A stretch of 33,331 nucleotides of DNA from Eubacteriales bacterium (GCA_045636665.1 JAZTXY010000008.1:1-33331); one strand, 5' to 3'. Positions 18,466 through 27,268 are shown, numbered from the stretch's first letter. Translations and numbers: made by a program. The notes: a model not told the origin generated them from the letters alone.

Positions 18466-20280
18466 TCACTTTTCAACAAATGGCATTTCGGTCATTCTGA
18501 GCTTTGCACAGCCATAGGGGTAGAGGTCGATGCTTTCGGGTTGGGAAACGGCAATCCTCGATTGCGGCACCTTGGCACAAACTGTATCGTATCCGTCCTC
18601 AAAGCCCCAATCAATTTTACAAACGGTTGCTTTTAAGGTAATCGGCGGATTTTGGGAGGAGAAGGGAATATCGGACATACCGCGGTATTCCTTCTTTAAT
18701 TCGGCGCTCGCAAATCCGTAATTCCAATCGCTTTTCGGGATATATTCGTAATCGCAATAGGGGAATTTGCGTTCGATTCCGTCACGCTCGTATTCGAGCA
18801 TATTTTTTTCGTATTTTACGGGAAGCGCAAAGAGAAGCGAGCCGCATTTCGCAACGTTGAGCCCCAAGGGACGTTTTTCAACGTAAGGCGTTGTTTCAAA
18901 GGAAATATTGATTTCCTTTTCGTGGCCCGATTTTATTTCGAAAATCAAATCGCCGTTATTGACTTGCTTTCCGTCGACGGTAAGATTTTTCGCAAAGGTC
19001 GGAATGCGAACCGTAAAATTGAAATCCTTGTCGGATTTTATTGTGTATTTAAAGGTGTTTTCAAAGGGGTAATCGGTTGTAAGCTCGATATTGATTCCGT
19101 CGTAATCAAGCGCGCTCGGAATCGGAATCGCGCTTATAATATCATTTCCGTTATGCATAAACGACGAAAGGATGAATTTGGGCCAGCCTTGGTTGAAATT
19201 CGCGGTACAGCATCCGTAATTCGGTTCGAGTCCGAAAAGGTGGGAATCGAAAAAGTTGGTTCTGAAAATCGGTTTGCCGAGGAAACGCTGACAAGCGATT
19301 TGGTTGCTCATTTGGTCGTACTGATGCGCCCACATATCGTCGGAGAGGGTTGCGGGGAATGCGTTGAATGCAAGTAACTCCAAGCGTTCGGCCCACTTTT
19401 TGTCGCCGGTGTAGGCAAACAGATGCTCGAATGCATACATCAATTCAACGACCGAGCAAAGCTCGGCGCCTTGTATGGGACTTATGCCCGAAAGCACCTC
19501 GTCGCCCGTGAACATACCTGCAGGCATTCCGTTGTATTCATAAAGGAAATTATAAAGATATTCGGCATCGTCGGTATATTCTTCGCCCAAAAGGTCGCAG
19601 GAAAGCGCCTCGTACTTTATCATCATAACAAGGTTTACGATATGGGTGTCGAATTTCCAAATATTAAGCGGACGCTTCCATAATTCCTTGACCGTGTGGT
19701 AATCCATACCCTGCGATTTAAGTATCCTTGCAAGGTCTTTAAGCCATTCCTCGTTTGTGCGCTTATAAAGAAATTCAATGGCAATAAAGCCCTCGTACCA
19801 ACGGTATTTGCCCCAATCGAAAAGCTTTATTTCGCCATTCTTGAGCAAATCGTAATAGTTTTTAAGCGCTTTGTAAAGAACTACGGGTATGCGCTCGTCC
19901 TTTGAGCATTCGTAATAAACGCAAAGCACCTTCGAAAGCAAAAGCACCGCCCAAGTATCATAACGGGCGCGTCTTTCATCGGGGCAGGGGCATATCCAGC
20001 CGTCTTCCTTTTGGTAGGAGATTATAGCGTCGATATATTTCTTTGCGCGGGCTTTCATATCCTCGTCGTCAAGCAGGTATGCAAGAGGAATGAAGCCGTC
20101 GAGCCAATAGGGTACTCTTTCCCAGCCCTCGGCATCGCCGCCTATCCACGCGCTGTCACGCACGTCGCGCCAAACCTTATCAAGATTTCCGCTTAATCCG
20201 TTCGCTTGGATAAAAAGCTGTTTTTTAGTCCAGCCGCTCGGTTTTATTTCGTTTGAAGTGAAAAATTCCCATTTTTTCAT
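18466..20280 (-). CDS. GH127/GH146-like beta-L-arabinofuranosidase-family glycoside hydrolase (no signal peptide)
   Basis: IKPSGW..KQL..QANGLSG, GWERVPYWLDG, HIVN, GMFTGDE, ELCSVVE, ERLE..AFNA, YDQMSNQ, and GCCTANFNQGWPK, carrying the E-x-C and CC Zn/catalytic-Cys pattern of this family. Confidence 0.85.
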   Translation of the reverse strand: MKKWEFFTSNEIKPSGWTKKQLFIQANGLSGNLDKVWRDVRDSAWIGGDAEGWERVPYWLDGFIPLAYLLDDEDMKARAKKYIDAIISYQKEDGWICPCPDERRARYDTWAVLLLSKVLCVYYECSKDERIPVVLYKALKNYYDLLKNGEIKLFDWGKYRWYEGFIAIEFLYKRTNEEWLKDLARILKSQGMDYHTVKELWKRPLNIWKFDTHIVNLVMMIKYEALSCDLLGEEYTDDAEYLYNFLYEYNGMPAGMFTGDEVLSGISPIQGAELCSVVELMYAFEHLFAYTGDKKWAERLELLAFNAFPATLSDDMWAHQYDQMSNQIACQRFLGKPIFRTNFFDSHLFGLEPNYGCCTANFNQGWPKFILSSFMHNGNDIISAIPIPSALDYDGINIELTTDYPFENTFKYTIKSDKDFNFTVRIPTFAKNLTVDGKQVNNGDLIFEIKSGHEKEINISFETTPYVEKRPLGLNVAKCGSLLFALPVKYEKNMLEYERDGIERKFPYCDYEYIPKSDWNYGFASAELKKEYRGMSDIPFSSQNPPITLKATVCKIDWGFEDGYDTVCAKVPQSRIAVSQPESIDLYPYGCAKLRMTEMPFVEK

Positions 20281-20289
20281 AATTCTATC

Positions 20290-20919
20290 CTAATCAAATA
20301 ATTTTTCGCGCAAATTGTAAACCGCTTCCTCGTCGGGCTCGTTTCTTTCGTCGTACCTAACCTCGTTATACATTTTGAAAAGCTCGTCCACGGCTTCGTT
20401 TTCGGTCGGTCTTTGGCTTATCTCCAAGGGCGTTTCGTGGGAGGTTATCACTTCGCCGTGCTTAATACGGTCGGAAATGACTCGGTAATACAAAAATCCC
20501 AATTTTTGCCTCGGGCTTTCCATATCCTTCCATCGGGGTTGCTTTTCGGCGGTCTTGCGCTTTCTTCGCGCGTCCTTGCGGAATGCCGAAAAATCGTAAT
20601 GCACCGTCGTTCTGCCCGAAATGACGTTGCCGCGGTGGAAGAAGCTGAAGCGACCTGCGATTTTGATTAAAAATCTCGAAGCGCCGACAATCGCCTTGCG
20701 AAGTCCGATGATTATCGGCTTTCTGTATTTATCGCGCCAGCTCTTGCGTGATACCAAATAAAGAGGAATGACGAAAGCCATTAACACCAAGGCAAAGCAA
20801 AGCTGAACGTAATGGTTCGTCGGTTTGACGTTTGTCCAAACGGCAAGAGTTGCGGTCGCACCGCAAAACAGTAAAAGCGAAATCAATTCCAAGCGGTAGT
20901 ATATAAGAAATCTTCTCAT
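20290..20919 (-). CDS. Membrane protein with DUF4129-like C-terminal domain
   Basis: Two N-terminal TM helices; C-terminal LYYRV....G......ETPLEI.....L...YNEVRY pattern; overlaps the DUF58 gene by 4 bp. Confidence 0.6.
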   Translation of the reverse strand: MRRFLIYYRLELISLLLFCGATATLAVWTNVKPTNHYVQLCFALVLMAFVIPLYLVSRKSWRDKYRKPIIIGLRKAIVGASRFLIKIAGRFSFFHRGNVISGRTTVHYDFSAFRKDARRKRKTAEKQPRWKDMESPRQKLGFLYYRVISDRIKHGEVITSHETPLEISQRPTENEAVDELFKMYNEVRYDERNEPDEEAVYNLREKLFD

Positions 20920-21995
20920 ACCCTTGCACCTCCGCTTATGGATATCACGTTTACGTTTCTGCCTGCCGATTCGAGCAGATTAAGCGTTTCCGCGGTGTTT
21001 TCGTCAACGTAAGGGGTTATTAAATAAATGTCGGTTTCGGGACGTAAATCGGGCGCATAAAGGCGCAAAAGCGCCGCCATCGAATAATCGCGCTTTGCGA
21101 AATTATCGAGAAGCGCAAAGCGTTCGAGAATACGCTTAACGTGGATTTCACCGCTTTCGCAGGGGATGAAAAAGAACTTTTGGCTTCCGTCTGCCGAGTT
21201 TGACGAAAAACCGACTCTTCCGCCGTTTTTAAGCGTTTCACAGAAAAGGAAGCAGGCGTATTTAAGTCCGGCTTCAACCAAATCTCCGCTATGAAACTGA
21301 ACCTCGGCATAGCTGTTGAGGTCCAAAAAAATCATAGTGTCGTAATTGCGCGAGCTGTCATAGCTGTTGCACATCATCTTGCGTACACCGCCGCTTACCA
21401 TTCTGCTCGACGCCTTGAAGTTGATGCTCTTCATCGGGTCGCCGAATCGGTATTCGCGTATGCCGCTTAAAAAGAAGGGGTCCTCGATATATTTTTTGTC
21501 GGCAATGGCAGTGCCTGCCTGACAAAGAAACGCAGGCATATCCGCCGCGGTATTGAAATAATCGGGATAACCGTAAAATTCGATCGGAATATCGAAAACG
21601 AAATCGTTTTTGCGATAGCTGAATTTTGCGTTATCAAGCTTAAAAAGTCCGCGCTTTTGTACCGATACGGTATGCTTTTTCTGTACGGTGGAGAACGGCG
21701 GAATGTTGAAAATGCTCGTTAATTTGGTGTATTCCTTACATTCAAAGCCGTCGACGGTAATTCCTGCGGGAACGTAAAATTCCATTTTCACCGAGAAAAG
21801 CGGAAACCAACCGGGGTTGCATACCGTTTCGACAAGCTCGAGCGTTTCGCCGACAAAAACGCCGTCAGACGTAAATTCTCGGTCGTATTCAAGTGTTGAA
21901 AGCGCCGAAATCTTCGCCTTACGGTAGCCGACGACGGCAAATACACCCAAAACGCACGCCGCAAAGACCGAAATAAAAACGATAAAATATACCAT
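20916..21995 (-). CDS. DUF58-domain protein (MoxR partner)
   Basis: N-terminal TM helix; EDPFFLSGIREYRFGDPMKSINFKASSR followed by IFLDL; directly downstream of moxR. Confidence 0.88.
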   Translation of the reverse strand: MVYFIVFISVFAACVLGVFAVVGYRKAKISALSTLEYDREFTSDGVFVGETLELVETVCNPGWFPLFSVKMEFYVPAGITVDGFECKEYTKLTSIFNIPPFSTVQKKHTVSVQKRGLFKLDNAKFSYRKNDFVFDIPIEFYGYPDYFNTAADMPAFLCQAGTAIADKKYIEDPFFLSGIREYRFGDPMKSINFKASSRMVSGGVRKMMCNSYDSSRNYDTMIFLDLNSYAEVQFHSGDLVEAGLKYACFLFCETLKNGGRVGFSSNSADGSQKFFFIPCESGEIHVKRILERFALLDNFAKRDYSMAALLRLYAPDLRPETDIYLITPYVDENTAETLNLLESAGRNVNVISISGGARV

Positions 21996-21999
21996 AAAA

Positions 22000-22962
22000 T
22001 TACCTGCGTGTGAAATCTATTCTTTCGCTGGGTACGGGTGTCGTTTCGAGTATCTTTAAAATAAGCTCTTCGCCAAGGTTTCCGCGGTGGAAGAAGCTGT
22101 TTTGGAAAACTATTCTGTGGGCAAGCACGGGGACTGCGGCGCGCTTGATATCGTCGGGAAGCAGATAATCGCGCTCGTTAATTGCGGCATAGCCTTGTGC
22201 AACACGCAAAAGCGCAATCATTGCGCGCGGACTTGCGCCCAAAATAACGGTTTTATCTCTGCGCGTTGCTTCGCAGATTTGCGTTGCATAGCCCATAAGG
22301 TCTTTATGAACGTAAACGCTTGCCAATTCCTCACGCGCTTTGGTGATAAGCGCACTGTCAACCGTTTCGCATTTGCCGATAGGCGCGTTATTAAGCTTGC
22401 GCGAAAGAATTTCAACGCTTTCCTCATAGGTGGGATAACCCATATCGGTCTTGACAAGAAAACGGTCAAGCTGTGCTTCGGGCAGCTCAAAGGTGCCCTT
22501 GGTTTCGACGGGGTTTTGCGTTGCGATGACCATAAAGGGCTCTAAAAGCTTATAGGTCTTGCCCTCAACGGTGACCTGATGCTCCTCCATACATTCAAGC
22601 AAGCCCGATTGTGTTTTGGGCATAGCGCGGTTGATTTCATCGGCAAGAAGAATATTTGTGAAAACGGGGCCCTTGATAAAGCGGAATTCGCTTTCCTTCA
22701 TATCAAAAAAGTTAACGCCTACAACGTCGCTCGGAAGCATATCGGGAACGCACTGTATACGCTTGAAATCAAGCGAAAGAGATGCCGCGAAGGATTTTGC
22801 AAGCATAGTCTTGCCCGTGCCGGGTACGTCGTCGATAAGCATATGACCGCCGCAAAGCAGGGAAATAATCGCAAGCTCGGTAACACGTTCCTTTCCGACG
22901 ATGATTTTTGAAACATTATTCATAACCGCGTTATGGACTTGGAGAATAGCGTTGAGCTTCAT
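22000..22962 (-). CDS. MoxR-family AAA+ ATPase
   Basis: GHMLIDDVPGTGKT, RIQCVPDMLPSD, GPVFTNILLADEINRAMPKTQSGLLECMEE, ATQNPVE, LPEAQLDRF, GASPRA, VLAHR. Confidence 0.95.
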   Translation of the reverse strand: MKLNAILQVHNAVMNNVSKIIVGKERVTELAIISLLCGGHMLIDDVPGTGKTMLAKSFAASLSLDFKRIQCVPDMLPSDVVGVNFFDMKESEFRFIKGPVFTNILLADEINRAMPKTQSGLLECMEEHQVTVEGKTYKLLEPFMVIATQNPVETKGTFELPEAQLDRFLVKTDMGYPTYEESVEILSRKLNNAPIGKCETVDSALITKAREELASVYVHKDLMGYATQICEATRRDKTVILGASPRAMIALLRVAQGYAAINERDYLLPDDIKRAAVPVLAHRIVFQNSFFHRGNLGEELILKILETTPVPSERIDFTRR

Positions 22963-22994
22963 AATACGACCTCTTTTTTTACACTTAATAATTC

Positions 22995-23023
22995 ATTTTA
23001 CTACATAATAAAAAGTATGTCAA
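22995..23023 (-). promoter_or_regulatory. sigmaA promoter for the moxR operon
   Basis: Minus strand TTGACA, 17 bp, TAAAAT. Confidence 0.7.
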
Positions 23024-23024
23024 T

Positions 23025-23054
23025 AAAAAAAGGATGTCTTCGAAGACATCCTTT
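23025..23054 (-). terminator. Intrinsic terminator after the SGNH genes
   Basis: AAAGGATGTC-TTCGAA-GACATCCTTT with an A-run that reads as a U-tail on the minus strand. Confidence 0.85.
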
Positions 23055-23063
23055 CGGTATTTA

Positions 23064-24011
23064 TTACTTGCGCTTTTTAACGATAACGAGCGCTATAACC
23101 GCGATTGCAATAATAACAACTGTGCTGCAAACGACGTAGATGATAAGGTCGGAATCGCCTTCGTTGTCAATTGCAGGCTCGCTGACAAGATCGGATACAG
23201 GCTCGGAAACAACCTCGCTCGATTCCTCCTCGGGCTTGTTAAGCTCCTCGTAGTAAGCGGGGATGGTTTCCATCCAATCGTTGATAACGGGAGCGATTAT
23301 ATCGAATCCGGAGGTGTTAGGGTGAATTTTGTCGGGAAGATTTGTGGTTTGGGTATATTTGAGCTTGTTGTTGTTGAAATCCTCGTCGCTGTAAAGGTCG
23401 ACGTAAGGAATCTGCCATTTGTCGCAGATCTGCTTAGCCATATCGAAATATTCGCTCATATCTGCAAGCTTGCCGACGTCACTGCGGTTGATCTTGAAGT
23501 TGATGATATAGCCGAACTGTGCGTTCTTGAAGGTTTCCTTGGCATACTTGAAGGTGGTTTCAAGACCGCCTGCAAAGGTTGTCATATCAAGCTCTGCATC
23601 AAAGCCCTCGGTCATGGTGCCTACAGGCGCTACGTCCCAAGCATCGTTAACGCCGCCGTGGATGATAACGAAATCATAGCTGTTTTTGCTTTCGGTCTGG
23701 AGCTGTGCAAGGATGGTGTTGGTCTTACGGCAGTTGGAAATCGGCGCGCCGGAAACGCCCTTGTTAACGCCGGTCATTTCGTTACCCTCGATAATACGTC
23801 CGGGCCAACCTACGATATCCTTGCCCTTGTTCCATTCAACACGACCTTCGGTGATCGAGTCGCCTACAAAAAGCACGCTCTTTTTGTAAAGGCCGTTTTC
23901 GGGGTCGGGAGTGATGCCGGTATTGAATTCAAGATTTGCAGCCGACGCGAAAATCGTAAGCGTGCTTAAAAGCATCATTGCGGTAAGTAAAAAAACAAGT
24001 AACTTTTTCAT
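23064..24011 (-). CDS. Secreted, membrane-anchored SGNH/GDSL hydrolase
   Basis: Signal peptide; blocks VGDSI, GVSG, GGVND, DKIHPN; acidic linker, TM helix, KKRK tail. Confidence 0.88.
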   Translation of the reverse strand: MKKLLVFLLTAMMLLSTLTIFASAANLEFNTGITPDPENGLYKKSVLFVGDSITEGRVEWNKGKDIVGWPGRIIEGNEMTGVNKGVSGAPISNCRKTNTILAQLQTESKNSYDFVIIHGGVNDAWDVAPVGTMTEGFDAELDMTTFAGGLETTFKYAKETFKNAQFGYIINFKINRSDVGKLADMSEYFDMAKQICDKWQIPYVDLYSDEDFNNNKLKYTQTTNLPDKIHPNTSGFDIIAPVINDWMETIPAYYEELNKPEEESSEVVSEPVSDLVSEPAIDNEGDSDLIIYVVCSTVVIIAIAVIALVIVKKRK

Positions 24012-24043
24012 TGTTTTGCCTTCTTTCTTTGTTTTGATGATTA

Positions 24044-24697
24044 TTAAAGTGTTTTCATCCAGTTGTTAATAACGGGGGTGAGAATTTCATATCCGCCCGT
24101 GTTGGGGTGAATAAAATCGGGAAGAAATTCGCACGTTGCGGATTTAAGGATATCCTTGTTGAATTTTTCGTCGAAAAACAAATCGAGATAAGGGATTTCC
24201 CATTTATCGCAAATCTTCTTCGAAAGCTCGAAATATTCGCTCATATCCGACATTCTTCCAAATTGAGACGAGGGCATTTGGAAGGTTACGATAAATCCGA
24301 ATTTTGCGCCCTTGAAGTTATCCTTTGCATATTTTATCGTGTTTTCAAAGCCGCCTGCAAAGGTATTGCGGTCAAACGGGCCTTCGAAGCCTTCGGTCAT
24401 AACGCCGACAGGTGCGGAATCCCAAGCATCGTTTCCGCCGCCTTCAAGGATAACGTAATCGTAATCGTTTCCCGTCATTGCGATAAGCTGGTTGATAACC
24501 AAATTGCTTCCGCGGCAATCGGACATCGAAGCGCCGCCGCGGCTTTTGTTAAGACCGCCCATTTCGTTGTCCCTGATAATACGTCCTGCCCAGCCTGCGA
24601 TAGGAGCATATTCCTCGGTTTTAAGCTCGCAAGCCGCTTCGCAAAGCGAATCGCCAACGAAAAGAACGCTCTTTTGATAAAGTGGATTACAGTTCAT
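24044..24697 (-). CDS. Cytoplasmic SGNH/GDSL hydrolase, paralogue of the downstream gene
   Basis: VGDSL, SRGGA, GGGND, DFIHPN; no signal peptide or anchor. Confidence 0.88.
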   Translation of the reverse strand: MNCNPLYQKSVLFVGDSLCEAACELKTEEYAPIAGWAGRIIRDNEMGGLNKSRGGASMSDCRGSNLVINQLIAMTGNDYDYVILEGGGNDAWDSAPVGVMTEGFEGPFDRNTFAGGFENTIKYAKDNFKGAKFGFIVTFQMPSSQFGRMSDMSEYFELSKKICDKWEIPYLDLFFDEKFNKDILKSATCEFLPDFIHPNTGGYEILTPVINNWMKTL

Positions 24698-24713
24698 TAT
24701 AAACCCTCCGTTA

Positions 24714-25997
24714 TTAATTTTTTTCTTTTTTTCGCATCAACGGCAATATCAATGCGACAGCGACCGCCGCAATCAACGCGGCAAGGAAAATGCTTTCATT
24801 CGGTATGAACGATTCTGTTCCGTCGTTATTGATGACGGTTTCGGCATTCGATAAAACAGTTTTGCCGATAAAAGGACCGACAACACCGGGAACAAGCACT
24901 TGAGAAAAGATTCTTACGCCTTGGAACATTCCCGATCTGTTGGGCGGTGTAAGGTCGCGTATTTTTGCGCCGAATACAGCCATACCCGAAAGATAGCCGC
25001 ACATCATCAAAAGTGAGCCGACGAAAACCATAGCCGTTGATTTGAAGAAAAACAGCAATATATATCCCAAGCAAAGCCAAATCAAACTGCAAGAGCTTGA
25101 GAGGGTAAACCCTTTTTTATCGTAAACCTTGCCCCAAAAAGCGGTAAGCACCGACGCAAGAATTATTGCAGGCGCCATTACGAAAACGTAATCGGTCATT
25201 TGAAGCGATACTTCATAGTAAAGTATCAAATAGGGCATAAAAATTTGGATCGAGATATTAAAAACGATAAAGGCGGCAAGGTAAAAATAAAGCGAGCTGT
25301 TCGATTTTATCGTCGAGGGCAAAAAGCCGTGGATTACGGTTTTGAAATAACCCTCTTGCGCCTTGTTCAAGCTCGGTTCCTTGATTATAAAGCAACCGAT
25401 AATGCCGACGGCGATGACGGTCAGACCTATTATTGCGAAGATATAGGTCCAGCTTTGCTCGCTGTTGAGGTCAAACGCCATAAAGCCGCCGAATACGGCA
25501 AGGATTGCAACCAAAGGCATCATCGCGTTGATGCCCTCCGCGGCGCCGCGATTTGTCGAATCGGTGCTGTCGGTCAGCCAAGCGTTGAATGCCGCATCGT
25601 TTGCGCTCGAGCCAAAAAAGGTCATCAAGCAGTCAAGCACGATAACAAGCGTTACGCCGACCGATGCCGCAGACACGGTCAACGGGAATATCGAGGCGAT
25701 GACATCCTCCTTAAGAAGGATAAAGCAGAGAATCGAAACGCCCCAAGCGATATATCCGCCGCACATAAAAATCTTTCGCTTTCCGATTTTGTCCGAAAGC
25801 GCGCCGATGAAAACCGTTGTAAGCGTTGCGGCGACTGCGCTTGCCGCGACCATTGCCGATATGTCGGAGGCAGACGCGTTAAACATCTTGTAAATGAAGA
25901 CGTTTAGGTACATATTTTCAACAACCCACGCTATTTGTCCGATAAGACTGAAAAGAATTAGCGTGAGCTTGAATTTAGCCGAAAATTTCGTTTTCAT
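24714..25997 (-). CDS. MFS transporter
   Basis: About 12 TM helices; motif A GALSDKIGKRK and second-half GKVYDKKG; SD AAGGAG before ATG 25997. Confidence 0.9.
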   Translation of the reverse strand: MKTKFSAKFKLTLILFSLIGQIAWVVENMYLNVFIYKMFNASASDISAMVAASAVAATLTTVFIGALSDKIGKRKIFMCGGYIAWGVSILCFILLKEDVIASIFPLTVSAASVGVTLVIVLDCLMTFFGSSANDAAFNAWLTDSTDSTNRGAAEGINAMMPLVAILAVFGGFMAFDLNSEQSWTYIFAIIGLTVIAVGIIGCFIIKEPSLNKAQEGYFKTVIHGFLPSTIKSNSSLYFYLAAFIVFNISIQIFMPYLILYYEVSLQMTDYVFVMAPAIILASVLTAFWGKVYDKKGFTLSSSCSLIWLCLGYILLFFFKSTAMVFVGSLLMMCGYLSGMAVFGAKIRDLTPPNRSGMFQGVRIFSQVLVPGVVGPFIGKTVLSNAETVINNDGTESFIPNESIFLAALIAAVAVALILPLMRKKEKN

Positions 25998-26059
25998 AAA
26001 AACGCTCCTTTTCGATCGATGATTTATTCTATCACACGAAACCGAATATTTCAATAGAT

Positions 26060-26656
26060 TTATCTCGAAAGCATTTTATTAAGCAGCTCGATAGCTTTGT
26101 TGTTGCGGCTTACAAACTCCTCGTCGCTAAGGTCGGGGAAAAGCGATTTTTCGCCTCTGTAAAGCTCAAATCCGAACTTTTCGTAAATTTTAACGGCAGG
26201 GTAGTTGCGTGTGCCCGTGGTTAGGTAGATAAAGCCGCAAAAGCCAAGCTCGTTATAAAGGTCGAAAAGCTTTGTAAGCATCGCCTTTGCAATGCCCTTT
26301 CCGCCGTGCTCGTCCTTGACTGCGACCCAATGTATCCTTTGCTGTGTTTTTCCGTATTCGGTACCGTCCCAAAGCGCGGCCGTGCCGATATATTCGCCCT
26401 TTTCGTCGATTACAAACAAAACTCTTTCTTTTGCGTTAAGTGTTTGACCGTTAACAAAGTCGCGAAGAAATACCTGCGTTCCGACCTCGACGGATGAAAA
26501 CGAGCCGACCGCGGTTTGAATCTCCGACCAGTTAGCGGCATCGCCATCCTTGTAAAATACGAATTTATATCCTTCGGGCAGCTCGTACTTCGGGTAATTG
26601 CCCGCATCTGTCTTGTGCATCACAAGAGGGTAATAGGGGATTGACGTATCTATCAT
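26060..26656 (-). CDS. GNAT-family N-acetyltransferase
   Basis: IHWVAVKDEHGGKGIAKAML acetyl-CoA motif A; IYLTT...NYPAVKIYEKFGF. Confidence 0.9.
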   Translation of the reverse strand: MIDTSIPYYPLVMHKTDAGNYPKYELPEGYKFVFYKDGDAANWSEIQTAVGSFSSVEVGTQVFLRDFVNGQTLNAKERVLFVIDEKGEYIGTAALWDGTEYGKTQQRIHWVAVKDEHGGKGIAKAMLTKLFDLYNELGFCGFIYLTTGTRNYPAVKIYEKFGFELYRGEKSLFPDLSDEEFVSRNNKAIELLNKMLSR

Positions 26657-26736
26657 AATAGTGGTCCTTTTTTTGATAGGCGTGATGTTTGGATAATGCG
26701 GAATCTATGCTCGTCGTAACACCGCATTACCCAAAT

Positions 26737-26765
26737 ATTATATCATGCTTCGAAAAATAAATCAA
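26737..26765 (-). promoter_or_regulatory. sigmaA promoter for the GNAT gene
   Basis: Minus strand TTGATT, 17 bp, TG-n-TATAAT. Confidence 0.65.
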
Positions 26766-26904
26766 GGCAAAGCCTTGAATATCACATCTGTTCCCAAGTT
26801 GAAAATCAACTGCGTTTTAACGCTCTAAAACGACGGTCGCAATTTTGTTTGCGTATTCCACGCAAATGATGTTTTGTCTTTTTTGTGAATGAATTCGAGT
26901 TATT

Positions 26905-27090
26905 GTATAAATCACGGCGAAGCCGTGTATATCATCAAAACGAAGTTTTGTATATCATCAACACGAAGTGTTGTATCTCATCAAGCCGCATAAAGGATGC
27001 ACGCTGGCGCGTGATGATATACAAGGGCGGCACGCCGCCCTTGATGATATACCGCCTTGCGGCGGATGATATACCAAGCCTGCGGCTTGG
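26905..27090. repeat. Inverted array of GTATATCATC linkers alternating with variable mini-hairpins
   Basis: Linkers at 26905 (variant), 26927, 26950, 26973; reverse-complement linkers GATGATATAC at 27013, 27043, 27065; seven perfect short hairpins between or beside them. Confidence 0.9.
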
Positions 27091-27092
27091 AT

Positions 27093-27126
27093 AAAAAAAT
27101 CCGAGAACCAAGTTCTCGGATTTTTT
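27093..27126 (-). terminator. Intrinsic terminator immediately after tRNA-Gln
   Basis: AAAAAAATCCGAGAAC-CAA-GTTCTCGGATTTTTT. Confidence 0.88.
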
Positions 27127-27201
27127 GGCAGGGATGGCAGGGCTCGAACCTACGAAATGCCAGAGTCAAAGTCTGGTGCCTTACCACTTGGCTACATCCC
27201 T
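27126..27201 (-). tRNA. tRNA-Gln (anticodon UUG), encoded CCA
   Basis: Minus strand AGGGATG-TA-GCCAAGTGGTAAGGC-A-CCAGA-CT-TTG-AC-TCTGG-CATTTC-GTAGG-TTCGAGC-CCTGC-CATCCCT-G-CCA folds as a cloverleaf. Confidence 0.97.
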
Positions 27202-27239
27202 ATATTTGTTTTTTGCGGAATTTTTTCCGCGCAGGAGAA

Positions 27240-27268
27240 ATTATAACTCAAAAATATGGATTTGTCAA
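27240..27268 (-). promoter_or_regulatory. Consensus sigmaA promoter for tRNA-Gln
   Basis: Minus strand TTGACA, 17 bp, TATAAT. Confidence 0.82.

Noticed and set aside
23034..25907. Plus-strand ORFs 23034..23969, 24107..24808, 25200..25907
   Set aside because: Antisense shadows of the SGNH and MFS genes.
26657..26735. Guanidine-IV or other known riboswitch before the GNAT gene
   Set aside because: No terminator in the leader and no match to the conserved loop sequences I recall; kept only as an unassigned stem-loop.
26905..27090. Possible CRISPR array
   Set aside because: Repeats are only 10 bp, the intervening segments are short (about 12-20 bp) and self-complementary, orientation flips midway, and there are no cas genes.
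27126..27201. tRNA as the attachment site of an integrated element
   Set aside because: No integrase and no duplicate of the tRNA 3' end were seen in the window.
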